Assembly (NCBI RefSeq): GCF_001194135.2
Contig: NC_068992.1
Coordinates: forward strand, 935,951 to 999,751
DNA: 63,801 nucleotides
Origin: Octopus bimaculoides
Lineage: Eukaryota
Reading direction: 5' to 3'
A program made the translations under genes and the position numbers. Shown here piece after piece: positions 41,721 through 55,561 of the stretch. The notes beneath the pieces are model-generated. The model was not told where the DNA came from, did no database searches, and was given only the letters and a program-made list of their open reading frames with translations. Each line of letters opens with the position of its first letter. Positions within the stretch are counted from its first letter, which is position 1.

Positions 41721-42124
41721 ATTTTGATTATTTGTAGTGTAACTAGGAAACAGAGGAGAAGCAATGAAAGAGAAGGAAAAATCAAACTAGTAACAAATGG
41801 GTGGTATTGTAACATTCGCATGACATTGACTCAATAAGAAATTAGAGAATAATTACAAGAAACAAATATATTCATTTATGACATAAGAGGATTTCAATTA
41901 TCTAAATTGATGCACTTACTCTTAAAATGTATCATACATATAAACAGCAAAAAATAATTCAGTCTTAAGTTTAATCTCTCTTCAATTCTCGCTTTATACA
42001 TACATACATACATACATACATACGTACATGCGTTCGTACATACATACACACATAGATGCATGCATACATGCATACATGCATACATACAAACATACATGCG
42101 TACATATGTACATACATACGTACT

Positions 42125-42165
<41 letters not shown>

Positions 42166-42265
42166 TACTCCCTCTCTATACATATATGTATATGATATAT
42201 GTTTCTATCTATCTATCTATCTATCTCTATATATGTCTATATATATGCACACTGAATATACGTTA

Positions 42266-43850
42266 TCTATATATATATATGTATAAATGAGAATGTATGT
42301 CTGAGTGCCTGTGTGTCTGTGTGTGTGTCTGTGTGTCTCTGTGTGTGTCTGTGTGTCTCTGTGTGTGTCTGTGTGAATCCCTAAAACTCCAGAACTACAC
42401 TACCAATTTCATTCAAATTTTACACATGCCTTACTTAGGGTCCCGGTTGTGTTTTAGTAAAACAAAAATTAACTTCTTGAATAGTTCGAGCCCACAGCAA
42501 CATAATATCTCCTCCACTATATAAGTATTACGTGTCAAAAGTGAAATAAAAACACTCATGTCAAATACTTTCACTTTAAAAATGAAACTTTTCCACTATT
42601 TCAGTATCAAAACTGAAACAATCACATTTCGAGACTGTAATTTGGGGGCGGGGGATTAATTTACACTGCATACGAACGAAAAGAATGGTAATAATAAATC
42701 AAAATGTTGAATGACGTCTACTCGAACCCACACTCCAGTTAACGTCATTGAACGTTTTTAGAAAAAAAAAAAAATTGACACGTGTTATTTTTGTCTCTTT
42801 CTCCTTGCTGTGTGTTGCTAGTTCTGTATACTTTGTGGACGACTGACATGCGCGAAGTGTGAGTTGGCCAATGTCAATACAAAATTTTATTTTCATTTCC
42901 TTTAAAACAATGCATATTTACGGATAAATTACCACCGGATGATAATTATCGCAGAAGTTGCAAGGTAAGACATAAAATTCTTTGTCTCTCTGTAATAATT
43001 ATTGTGGCACTTACCGTTAAATTAGCAGTTCCATACATGTGCTATTTCGTTCATTTGCTTATATTTCATAAATTTACACAGCATACAAAAATACGGACAT
43101 ACTATATACGGTACGTTATTAAACACACACATACACACCTGACGACTTAATTTTTTTATTAACCACAAAGGGTCGAAACACAGAGGGAACAACACAAAGG
43201 CAGAAAAAACGAAAAGAATGGTAATGATAAATCAAAAGGTGGAATGACGTCTACTCGAACCCCACACTCCAGTTAACGTCATTGAACGTTTTTAGAAAAA
43301 AAAAATTGACACGTGTTATTTTTGTCTCTTTCTCCTTGTTATGTGTTGCTAGTTCTGTATACTTTGTGGACGACTGACCTGCGTGAAGTGTGAGTTGGCC
43401 AGTGTCAATACAAAATTTTGTATTCATTTCCTTTAAAACAATACATATTTACGGATTCATTACCGGATGATAATTATCGCAGAAGTTGCAAGGTAAGACA
43501 TAAAATTCTTTGTCTCTCTGTAATAATTATTGTGGTATTTACCGTTAAATTAGCAGTTCCATACATGTGCTATTACGTTCATTTCTTTATATTTCATAAA
43601 TTTACACAGCATACAAGAATACGGACATAATATATATTTACAATTGCTTAAAAAAATTAAGATTAATGTATATTGTTTCTATGTTCATAGTTTTTTGTTT
43701 ACAATATTGAAAAAATATGCCACCAAAGAAAAGACGTAATCCCTCCAGAAACACGTATAAAGCGAGGACGATTACAGAAAACATTGAACGTTTTTAGAAA
43801 TAAAATATAATTTGACATGTGTTATTTTATTTTTGTCTCTTTCTCCTTGT
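42266..43850 (+). mobile_element. Helitron-like 5' portion with internal tandem repeats
   Basis: A|TC start (42265/6), then tatataaatgagaatg, a (GTGTCT)n tract and aatttcattcaaattttacac, as in non-autonomous Helitron heads. An ATG CCA CCA AAG AAA AGA (MPPKKR) start lies near 43717. No CTAG end was found. Confidence 0.5.
42675..43850 (+). repeat. ~425-bp unit duplicated at 533-bp period plus a partial third copy
   Basis: 42675-43101 matches 43208-43629; a partial copy lies at 43782-43850. Confidence 0.95.
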
Positions 43851-44949
43851 GGTAGATATTTTTTCTAATTGAATTTGCTTGAAAAAATATACTTTTCTTT
43901 ATATTAAGCAATTCATTATAATTACTTTTACGATGTGCCTAAACAAAAACCATCGTTATAGATCAGCATTTCTCAATTCTTTTCGCGATTTGGCTTCCCT
44001 TGGACATTGAAAAAAAATTATTTCGGCTCCCCAGTGTTAATGAAAAATTTAATCCAGCTTCCCATGTATCTGAGATAGACCAGCCGGCCCATGACAATTA
44101 TGTCAAAAGGGGGGACCCGCAGAACTATATTTTCCCAATATCAGCTATGGCATACTGTAATACTTAATGCTGAATCATTAGAACAACGTTTAACACGCCA
44201 GATTAGACAGAGGCTTTCGGAAATAGATCACATGCAAATTCGCTCTTCGCAACACCAAGAGCTGCTTTCAGATATGATCCATCCTATTCCTATAAAAATG
44301 ATAATTCTGTACAAAATGTTGTGCTAAACTCAAATTGTAGTTTCTGCAAAGTTTTCAAATTTCCAAATGAAACTAATGGCATGTGCTGCTCGGGCGGTAA
44401 GGTATGAGTGCAAGCACTACCAACAACTTACCGTCTCCCATTGCAACCCATTTCTAGAATGTACCCATTTACCTAGAATATCTCCATTACACCTCCATTC
44501 ATTCGACTGTCAACCATACGACGGGTCATGTTAGACGTAGCGCTGACCGCCTCAAAGGAGAGTATTCCACTGAGCTTTTCGTAGGGTTAGAAAATTACAT
44601 ACCTTCACCCCCAATTTTCCATGATAGGTTAGCACTTAGAATCCTCCAATCTTCCGATGTATTACATGTCGATTAGTCGAATTAGACCATTATTTACTCC
44701 ACAAATGGTTTGTCGTCAATGCTGCACTTTCCTGATTCACATGTTTTAACATAACTGTAATATATATATATATATAAATAAACTATACCATTTTAATCCC
44801 GGGTGTCTCTTCTAGTCTAGTATATTCCGCCATTCGTCTTTCAACAGAAGAAAGGAGAAATGACGGACGAACGGACTGAGAGAGAGAGAAAGAGACAGAG
44901 AGACAGAGAGAGAGAGTGAGATGGGTGGGGGAGAAATAAGACGCGAACG

Positions 44950-45750
44950 GATAGAAATCAGGTATGAATGCTGTTCGTGTAATGTTCAGAATGAAGAAAT
45001 ATTCGGGTGTGTAGACGCAAGTTTGGAAGTGTGTATGAATCTGGAAACAGGTAGAAAGCTTGGGAATGTTCTGTTGTGTGGGATGGTATACTATAAACAC
45101 CTGTACGGAGGTGTGCAAATCTGGAAGTAGGGTAGCGTTGGTTCGTTGGTATAAGGTTGGTTGTGTTTGCCAGTCATGCTTAGGTGGGTGATGTAAAAAT
45201 GTGTGAATAATTTGATGAGAGCGATTTCAGGTGCGATGAGTAATGATACTGGCGAAGCACAAGGGATGACAGGAATAATTTGGAAAGTGTTATTGATGTG
45301 TGCACTTCCGTATAGCAAAATACATAGGGATAGGAAAACATATTTTAGAAGACATCGAGATTTTAATCTCTAGCTTGAAAACAAACGTTAAGTATATGAA
45401 GTCTCTGAAGAGAGGAAAACGCAAATAAATTGGTAAACGTTACGCAACAATAGTGAAAGATGCGGAGGGTTCAGTAATGTCTAGTTAATGGTGTAATCGA
45501 AGAAAGGGAAAACATATATATGATAAGAAGAAACTTCTGTGATGTACAGGTGAGAAGTCAGGTGCGATACACATGATGCGTAAAGAACATGGAGGACGTA
45601 AGAAACTTTGGATAGTTTTGCATTCCAGTGGACAGGAATGGGTGAAATGTCACAGAAGTGATGTACGGAGGGTAAAGCGTTTTTACAAGTCGCTGAATGT
45701 GTAGCGCTGAAGTTAGTAAGTTGTAATCTAAACATGTCAGCGAATATAAG
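44950..45750 (-). mobile_element. Possible decayed Penelope-like RT region
   Basis: Strong C/A strand skew on the minus strand, and ttctacctgtttccagattcatac (FYLFP/IH), resembling the Penelope FYLLPKIHK motif with a frameshift. Confidence 0.25.
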
Positions 45751-45849
45751 ATTACCGAAGTGTTAATGTGTGTGTGAGTGAGTCCAAGAGCACGTGCCTA
45801 GGTGTATTAATATAGGAGGGTATGAAAAGTAGGTGTGTGTGCTTGTGTT

Positions 45850-46001
45850 CCAACTCTTCCTTCCCACACAAATAAAAATACTCACACACATGCATTCCCA
45901 TGCATATATTTTACACTCTTCAATTCTACATGCAGTGTAAAATATATGCATGGGAATACATGTGTGTGAGTATTTTTATTTGTGTGGGAAGGAAGAGTTG
46001 G
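45850..46001. repeat. 68-bp inverted repeat with 16-nt spacer
   Basis: Arms 45850-45917 and 45934-46001 are reverse complements at 67/68 positions. Confidence 0.97.
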
Positions 46002-47277
46002 TATGCGTATTTCCACGTGCCTTTGCGTGTGTATATATGTTTGTGTATCTGTGTGTGTGTGTGTGTGTGTGTGTTTGCGTGTGTGTTTCAACTTAGCAAA
46101 ATAGAGGATGCCTAGACACGTATATGTGTGAGAGAGAGAGTTCGAAGACTAGATCTGTGTAGGTTTGTGCGTTTCGCATTAGAAATTGCAATATGAAATT
46201 TACCACGACGTAATTCCAGTAAATAGAAAAAAAAAACAAAATTGTATCTAAGCGTTAATATATCAGTGGGTGAAGGAAATGGATGGGTTACATACTACAT
46301 ATATTTCAAAAGACTCACTGAAAGCATATACTGTAAGTTTAAACAGATATGTTTCATTGTTGCTTCAAATCGGGTACTATTCTTAATGTAATTCAAAAGT
46401 CAAGCGACGAACTTAATAAAATTGTTATTATAACTAAACAAAAACGCAAACTTTAGCATGCACACACATAGACACCCACCCCAACACACTTATACTTATA
46501 TATACGTATATCTATCTATCTATCTATCTATCTACTTTAGCATCTGTTAAAGTCATGACTATAGTACATTTTAATCCTTTTTCAGAATAGTGAGCAAATT
46601 TCCATATCAGTACTTCATATATATGTTGGGTGAAGAATGGCACTCGCTTTATGCCGTTAGAGCCCAAATATATTTTAGGATAATTCTTCACAAGATGACG
46701 AAATGTCGAAGATTTCCAATTGACAGTTGATGAAGGAACCAGAGTTGTGTTTTGTCGTTTCCTCTTTCCTGTCAATACGCAAACAGAGACATCACACTAG
46801 CACGTATGACGCATACACATACACGCACGCACGCACACACACACACACACAATACAAACAATACAAAAGCACACACACGTACAAACACACATATTCCAAT
46901 TTGTTAGTTGCCTGAAGTTCAACGGCCTTTTATCGATTGGCAGTGCAGTCTTTAATATCACTAATGCTACTTTAGACTATAAACTCGCACAATTGCGCAC
47001 AAATACATAAAGACGAACACAGAAGCGTAGATAAACAAGTAGATGTATCTATAATGTTTTCATATGTGTGCATGTTTGTTTAATACCAGTAACAGTACTG
47101 AGGATTTCAGTAGTATTTACTCTTATTATCAAGTAGCCGATTAAAAAGAAAGAGAAAAAAGAAAAAAAAACACTGTATTCAAAAAATAATTTGTAGGTTG
47201 ATAAACTGACAAAAATTGATTTATGGTACAGTTATAATTACTAAAATGCTAACATTTCGATGTATAAATAAAGAAAT

Positions 47278-47426
47278 GTGCTGGCCGAATCGTTAGCATA
47301 TCGGCATTTCGATCGTCTTTACGTTCTGTGTTCAAATTCACCGTGGTTAATTGTGCGTCTTTTCGGGATCGACATACCTTCTCTCCTGAAATTGCTGGCC
47401 TTGTACCAAAATTTAAAACCAGTATT
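47278..47426 (+). mobile_element. SINE family A, internally deleted
   Basis: gctggccgaatcgttagca...ctttacgttctgtgttcaaattc. Confidence 0.75.
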
Positions 47427-48627
47427 TCATGTTATAAATATGGCAGTTGAGCAAGTTGTTATGAAATGAGCAGAGAGCTGAATGAGTTGGCAGAGAGATA
47501 CAAAAAGAAAAGAAAGACGGGGAAAGAAGTGGCAATGGATACGCATATGAATGGAAGTGATTTTACATTGGAACAAAATTAAATGGAAGATTCTAGGTGA
47601 GGAATGAGTGGAAGAGAAAGAAAAAGTCAAAAGCATGGAAAAATTGCAATTTATTTTATCTGATTCTACCATAAATATATATTTTTTTTAATTATAGTAT
47701 TTTATTGTGTTTCCGTTTGTTGTATTTCTCAATATCCAAAAAAGGACATGCTATTCTCGACGGAAGATTGTCAACATTTACACAGTATTTTAATATTTTT
47801 CATGCTTGCATATATGATGTCGGAGCTTTTGGATTTGCGTTACTTCATTTTATTACTTTATTGTATTACACTGTATTTATTTACAACAATGACATCGTTG
47901 TAACTGAAATTTTACTTCTAACTTCCAGTATTTGTCATATATGCTTCCCTTACTATCCTATTCTTTACTTTAACAACCCACCCTTTTTTTTCATTCTTCG
48001 TATTATTTTCAACATTGCACGTGTATTTTTTACCACTTTACATCTGTTATTCCCCTCTAGCAGCGCGTAGCATACAACGTTCCATTCATCTCTCTAGATT
48101 ATATGATAATCTCTCTTTTGGAATATTCACTTTTTCCATTACGACTTCAGAATAAATACGTAGCATCTCACAAACAATTCAGACTTATTTACACGTGCAC
48201 TTCCTTTCTGATTCCACCTCTCTCTCTTTCTCTCTCTCTCTCTCTCCCTCTCTCCCCCTCTCTCTCTCTCTCTCTCTCTACATTAAGTGATTTCTAGACG
48301 GCATGTCTCCAGATATGCCTTTTTATTAGTTTCTAAAGTTTCCTGTCTCCTTATCAGTATATCTGACCTCGAGGTAAAAACAGTACCACGTACGATTCAC
48401 AAAGATACAATGAATGACTTATTACTCACCATCACTCTCTCACACTTTTAATTTTATCTCAAATATTTCCCTTCCCTAAGTTCTGTATTGTTCCCTTTAT
48501 ATCCCTTCGTCTCCTCTTGTGTTACCCCAATCTATCTTGCTGTTTTTCTGTTCCTTTCTCCTTCATTTTCATTGTTTGTGACTGTTGCGTCTGTCAACAA
48601 GTTAATATTTCGTTTCTACAAGACAGT

Positions 48628-48790
48628 AAAGTAGCTGAAACATTAGCGGCATTTCGTCTGTTTTCGTGTTCTGAGTTCAAATTCCAACGCGGCTGACTTT
48701 GCCTGTCATCCTTTCGGCATTTGATAAAGTAAGTTACAGTTGAACACTATTCCTGGTTCCACGAATTTTCTAGCCTTGTGCCAAAATTGT
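48628..48790 (+). mobile_element. SINE family A, decayed
   Basis: gttctgagttcaaattcc...gactttgcctgtcatcctttcgg. Confidence 0.75.
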
Positions 48791-48921
48791 TCAGCCCTCA
48801 TATACACTTAGACACAAGTACGTATGGATATACATACATATACACGCACATACAAACACGCAACCACACGCGAGCGCGCACGCACACACACACACACACA
48901 CACACACAAACGTATATTCTT

Positions 48922-49170
48922 AGTCTCACAGTGGGGATGTCAGAAGGGTTGTATGCAATCACTCGAGAATTTCTGCGATTCATCTCAGCGTCCACAGTGA
49001 ACCTCTCGTGCACAAACACGGAAGGTTTTCCTGCAGCTTGATACAACAAAGCTTTGGCCTTGGCTGTTAGGAGGTGACGGCGTCGTCGAACATAGCTTGT
49101 CATACCAAAGTTACTTTTCTCCTTCAGAATTTTACGTGACGTTGATGTTCTCAAAAAGGTCATGAAGTGT
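48922..49170 (-). mobile_element. Tc1/mariner-superfamily transposase fragment (maT/DD37D-like)
   Basis: FGMTSYVRRRRHLLTAKAKA...VFVHERFTVDAEMNRRNSRVIAYNPSDIPTV resembles the first catalytic D region (VFxDEKxFTVD..N..N.R). The subfamily assignment is from memory. Confidence 0.7.
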
Positions 49171-50294
49171 ATCTAAGTTACGTAGACCAATAGAGATTTA
49201 TTCTGAAGTAATAACAGTTGCTTTTATTTAGTAATTAAACTGCTTGCTTTGTAAACTTGCAAAAAAGATATTAGGTTTCATATTATTTTCGACGTCAGAT
49301 GTTGTTATCTCGTACTCCTTGTCTATTTATCGCAATCTCATTCATTTTCTTGGAGTAATTTTACTTGTTTGCAAACTTTACGTATTCCATTGTCTAAATG
49401 TTCTTCGTTTGTATTCCTGAAGATATTATTTTTGTACAATCGACTCGGACATATTCAATGCATATATCTTGGATTGCTGACGTAAACTGCGGGAATCGGG
49501 ATGCCATTGTCTTTCAGGGAATTGTCTTTTATCTGTTGTAATATTCAGTTTGTTGATCTTGTTCACTAAATGATCAGAAATGTATACGATTCCTTCTCCT
49601 TCCTTCCCCCCCTCTCTCACTCACTCTATATGTAAAATATTCATCTCTATTTATACACACATACATAATCCTGAATACATTTCTGAGAGCAAATGTATCT
49701 CATTAAGTTTGAATTGTGTATTATTAAACATAACTGCAGGCAAGACATTAATACGAACAATTCGTAAAGTATTTGTTTGCGCTAACAAAAATATTTATAA
49801 CAGAAAATTTGAATCATTATATTTCATAACAAATATTTTCAAATTAAAAACCTTTTGTAAAACAACTTAAACGTATGTTAAATCTTACAGTGTCTCACTA
49901 ATAAAGTCTATTGACAAATATGAAAGGTCAGGAAATATGTAGAATTTTAACGCCTGTGTTTTTTTTTTTGTTTGAAATTGCAAGAAAGTTTTCTTACTGA
50001 CAATAGTTTTATAAATAGCAAACCATATTGTACTGTATATTATCAGCGATATTTGGATCGAAAACGTAGAAACCAATGCCTATATTTATTGATAATCAGA
50101 AATTAAATGCGTAAAGATTTATCCCATTTCCCCACCCCCACAAATATTTTTTAACGCTTCTAACCTCGCCGTAATTTTTCCATGAGACATGCACTCTATA
50201 AATGCATGCTCAATAACAGTCACATGCATAGATTTCAGTTGGTGATTTACATGATATTTTGAAAGCTAATATTTATGTATTTATTTATATTTGT

Positions 50295-50337
<43 letters not shown>

Positions 50338-50919
50338 TTCAGCNNNNNNNNNNNNNNNNNNNNNNNNNNNNNNNNNNNNNNNNNNNNNNNNNNNNNNNNN
50401 NNNNNNNNNNNNNNNNNNNNNNNNNNNNNNNNNNNNNNNNNNNNNNNNNNNNNNNNNNNNNNNNNNNNNNNNNNNNNNNNNNNNNNNNNNNNNNNNNNNN
50501 NNNNNNNNNNNNNNNNNNNNNNNNNNNNNNNNNNNNNNNNNNNNNNNNNNNNNNNNNNNNNNNNNNNNNNNNNNNNNNNNNNNNNNNNNNNNNNNNNNNN
50601 NNNNNNNNNNNNNNNNNNNNNNNNNNNNNNNNNNNNNNNNNNNNNNNNNNNNNNNNNNNNNNNNNNNNNNNNNNNNNNNNNNNNNNNNNNNNNNNNNNNN
50701 NNNNNNNNNNNNNNNNNNNNNNNNNNNNNNNNNNNNNNNNNNNNNNNNNNNNNNNNNNNNNNNNNNNNNNNNNNNNNNNNNNNNNNNNNNNNNNNNNNNN
50801 NNNNNNNNNNNNNNNNNNNNNNNNNNNNNNNNNNNNNNNNNNNNNNNNNNNNNNNNNNNNNNNNNNNNNNNNNNNNNNNNNNNNNNNNNNNNNNNNNNNN
50901 NNNNNNNNNNNNNNNNNNN

Positions 50920-51281
50920 AGAGTCAACATGACTTTTTGATCCCTTGTACGGAATGTCCTCAGTATCCACCCTGCCAGCTGTCTGCACTTTGCTGTCAAC
51001 TTGACAATGTGCATGTGAAATGATGCATCACTACACATGTTGATGCCCAGATCTCTTACTGTTTGTGGTTCTGAGATTGCAGTACCGCCAGGCCCTGTGT
51101 ATGCCAGTTGGGAGGTACTTGTGGTCTTGTAGCGCAGTAGTTGAAATTGTTTTGCATTGAACTGCATATTATTTTGCTCTGCCCACTCATATATTGCATT
51201 TAGGTCATTCTGCAGGCTTACAATATCATCAGGATTCTTTATTGCCTGAGATATCTTTGTGTCATCAGAATAGCTAGTGAC
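50920..51281 (-). mobile_element. CR1/L2-group LINE reverse transcriptase fragment
   Basis: VTSYSDDTKISQAIKNPDDIVSLQNDLNAIYEWAEQNNMQFNAKQFQLLRY...VRDLGI...GWILRTFRTRD is an open frame with a YADD-like motif (YSDD). It continues into the gap. Confidence 0.9.
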
Positions 51282-51297
51282 AGCATAGCTAGTGACA

Positions 51298-51309
51298 TGT
51301 ATATATAAT

Positions 51310-51360
<51 letters not shown>

Positions 51361-51723
51361 GTTTATATATGTATATATATGTTTATGTTTATATATGTAT
51401 ATATATGTTTATATATATATATGTATATATATGTTTATATATATATATGTATATATATGTTTATATATATATATGTATATATATGTTTATATATATATGT
51501 TTATATATATATGTATATANNNNNNNNNNTATATGTATATATATGTTTATATATATATGTTTATATATATATGTATATATATGTTTGTATATATATGTAT
51601 ATATATGTTTGTATATATATGTATATATATGTTTGTATATATATGTATATATATGTTTATATATGTTTGTATGTATATGTATATATATGTATATATATAT
51701 ATATATATATATANNNNNNNNNN

Positions 51724-51771
<48 letters not shown>

Positions 51772-51861
51772 CAGGTATGTATGCATGTATGTATATGTAT
51801 ATTGGTATATCTATCTATCAATCTCTATTTCTCTCTGTCTGTATATATATATATATATATA

Positions 51862-51928
<67 letters not shown>
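51298..51928. repeat. (TA)n-derived minisatellite with ~20-24-bp higher-order units
   Basis: Recurrent tatatatgtatatatatgtt units and two 10-N gaps. Confidence 0.95.
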
Positions 51929-51930
<2 letters not shown>

Positions 51931-52896
51931 TGACACCAGAAATTTAGGCCTGCAAGGGACTGGCGTTCCTTACAGTGGCAACTTTGTTCTCGCAGCTTAA
52001 ATTCTTTGGGACTTTGAATATATTCCCGGTTTACGCACCTTCATGGTCACACAAAATATAAGAAATATACAGTAGATTAAAAGGAAGTTTGAAATTGGAA
52101 GAAATATCCCTATTCCCTTTTATTAGTACTGAAGGAGAACTAGATCCTGCTGATATATAAAGTAAAATATGTAATGCTAACCAAACAAAATATGAAGCGT
52201 CTTAGAATATTTCCGGAAAAAATTTGATCGACAATTGTCAGGAAATGTATTATTTTCAATTTATAATGCAGACAATATACGAAAAAGATATCAATTGTCA
52301 TTTCTTAAACTGTGCCATCTAAAATAAATTAATTAAGAAACCCTTGTGAAAAAGATGCGTAGGATAAGCAAAACAATCGAGAATAGATTGCAATCACAAA
52401 ATCTTAAAAAAACGAGCCACTTGCTTGAAAGGAGCTATATTTCTCACTAATTCTAAGTGTGATAGATCTACTTTGAATACTGGATAGATTTTTGAATATT
52501 TGGACCATAGAAGAAATATTGCTAAAAGCAAAATCGTTATGAATATAGAAAAGATAAGTGTGATAAATAAGAATACAACTATTACCCACAGAAATCATAT
52601 TACATGCTTGAAATTAAAAATAGATGGAATATATTATTATCAAATGAATAGTATGACGTCAATTGAACACTCATACTGACAGGATATAAATCTATCTGTT
52701 CAAACGCACAAAATTACAAAGGGGAATGTGATTAGTTTTTAATTAAAATACTTGCATGAAACGCTGGTATTATTATATGAAAGATAGAAATAAAAACATG
52801 TAAGTTAACGACATTTCTGTAACAATGTATCAAACTTCTAATTTCCACTACTGCCTTCTCCATAGACAAAGACCAGAATTTAGATAATAGTAATTT

Positions 52897-53222
52897 CAAA
52901 ATTTTGGAACAAGGCCAGCAGTTCTGGGAGTGGGGGGGGGGGCATTGCTCAAATGATACTTATTTTATCGACTCCGAAAGGATGAAAGGTAAAATAGACA
53001 TCGGCAACATTTTAACTCAGAACGTAAACACAAACAAAATGCGATGGTCACNNNNNNNNNNNNNNNNNNNNNNNNNNNNNNNNNNNNNNNNNNNNNNNCG
53101 CTGCCGCCCGCTGCCGCCCGCTGCCGCCCGCTGCCGCCGGTCAGCCACGAGCATCGGCAACCTATCCGACCCGTTTTGAAATGCCGTTAGCCATTTGCCA
53201 GGCGTGCTAATGATTCTGCCAG
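52897..53222 (-). mobile_element. SINE family A interrupted by a GC-rich insertion
   Basis: The core (52897-53042) and head (53179-53222) are collinear on either side of the insert. Confidence 0.8.
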
Positions 53223-53862
53223 TGAGCTGGCAGAGTCTCTTTGTTCATTTCGACTCATAACTGTTGCATGCGGTGTCTATGATTTTAATGGCCATTAGAT
53301 ACAACGCGAATTACGATAGCTGTTATATGTTTGTATATAACTAGTACTTCATAGCTAGTATTGGTTGACTCAACAACTACCAAATGAGAATGCAGTAAAC
53401 TGTACATAATATTACTCACTATTTGGTTTGGAGTGTTTCTATAAAAAGACATTTTAGTCAATATAGCGTTTGAAATGTATTGCAAATTCTACACAGACAT
53501 GAACGAAACATTCTCATTACTATTTTAGATTGTCGCTACTGTCAGCGAGCAGCCTCTCGGTTCAGGTGCTAAGAAAATCATGAGTTAAAATATACTTCAT
53601 GTATAAGGGAAGTCTCGTGCAAAAACGTGATCACATGTAAACTAATCATTCAAGGAACACGCTCTCGCATACACACAAAAAACAAACGTACAAATTGATT
53701 CACAACAAACAACCAATCATATCTTAATGTTTTAGACTAATACTTTTGAATTGATCATACACGAAAAAATATCTTCGCATGTAGGTTTAAAAGAAAACGG
53801 AACGCATATAGCATTTCTTTATCTATACGCACATACATACATACATACGTACACACATACAT

Positions 53863-54187
53863 GTTGTTGTTGTTGTTGTTGTTGTTGGCACTCCGTTTCT
53901 TACGACGTCGTGGGTTCCAGTTGATCCGATCAACGGAACAGCCTGCTCGTGAAATTAACGTGCAAGTGGCTGAGCACTCCACAGACACATGTACCCCTTA
54001 CGTAGTTCTCGGGGATATTTAGCGTGACGCAGTGTGACAAGGCTGACCCTATGAATTGCAGGCACAAAAGAAACAGGAAGTAAGAGTAAGAGAAAGTTGT
54101 GGTGAAAGAGTACAGCACGGTTCGCCACCACCCCCTGCCGGAGCCTCGTGGAGTTTTAATTATTTTTGCTCAATAAACACTCACAAC
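53863..54187 (-). mobile_element. SINE family C with (AAC)n tail
   Basis: (gtt)n ggcactccg...gttgatccgatcaacggaacagcctgctcgtgaaattaacgtgcaagtggctgagcactcc. Recognised from memory as an abundant octopod SINE. Confidence 0.75.
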
Positions 54188-55472
54188 ACCTATTTTCTTT
54201 TGGTATAAAAGAATGCAAGTGTGATTGTCTGTATTATATGCATGTTTGCATATCCATATTTGTCACTGGAAGTAAACCGTAGGTAACATTTTGCCAGTTT
54301 TTTTACATGCATTGTTAAAAATAACGCTGGAAACAAATCATTACCTTCATATTTTACAAGACATGTCTGACCATGTTTTTCAAGTTATAAGTTTTGATAT
54401 ACTCATGAAAGATTTCCAACACATAAAACAGTGAATTATTTTCTTTTCCCAGTGCATATTCTTTTGTCATTTGTTAGAAATTCGTCATAGACAAAATGGC
54501 TACTACACAATTCATAGTGGCATTTTACCTATTGTTCACTTTTTTCATGCTTGGAAGACAATGATTTCCTTCGAAAATCTAACAGTGATATTCAGTAATA
54601 TTTTGCGTAATTAACATTATTTACTAATTGACTCTCAACATTATGTTATTAATATAATATTTCGGTTGAAGAAATAAAAAAATACGCATAACAAATGAAC
54701 AAAACTCTGATGTTGAAAATAAATGGAATGAATTTCAAAGATTTCTGCTTCTCTCATGATCCATAGTATATTAGGTGTTCTAATCGCAGAATCAGGATGC
54801 TATTTATGTCAATGGACTTACTATAAATACTAAGAACATTTATTGTCATAAACCTATTCGCTGAGAAATTTTCACCGTATTATTTATGCCAAACTAACAG
54901 ATTTCAACTGTGTGTTTCTGTTCGAATGAATCTAAACACATCGTTTGAAGGCATACGCTTATGAAAAGCAACAACGATATAATTTTATAAGAGTGGACAC
55001 TTATTTATTTGTCGAGTGTTTCCTCCTATGATCCGAAAATCATGTTAGTACAGCATTTTAATAGTTCTGCATTAAAGAACGAACCTATTCTTGATGTTTT
55101 AATGTGACCCGTAAGTTAAACATAACCCCTAAGATCATCTTGTTTGATGTCAAATAAATGTCGTAAAACTATAACTGAAACATAGCTTCATAAATATTCA
55201 ATTTTTATTCGCCAATATTGAAGGCATTACATTCACTGTCATCATGTTTCAATAAATCGAACGATGACATAATCCTTGCAGTGTGTAATTCATTAATACT
55301 CGCGCTTTTGAATGCGCTCATACATTTCTATGCTAACTTCCTTCTCATTTCGAAAGGTTTCGGTTATCTGGTTAAAGCATCCACGATTCCTACCTTTTCT
55401 GCGATATATCAAGGTCTTTACTCAAGAAACTAAAACGAGGCTCTAGCGTTTACCGATTTACTGAGGTCGAAT

Positions 55473-55512
<40 letters not shown>

Positions 55513-55526
55513 GTATACATATGTGC

Positions 55527-55561
<35 letters not shown>

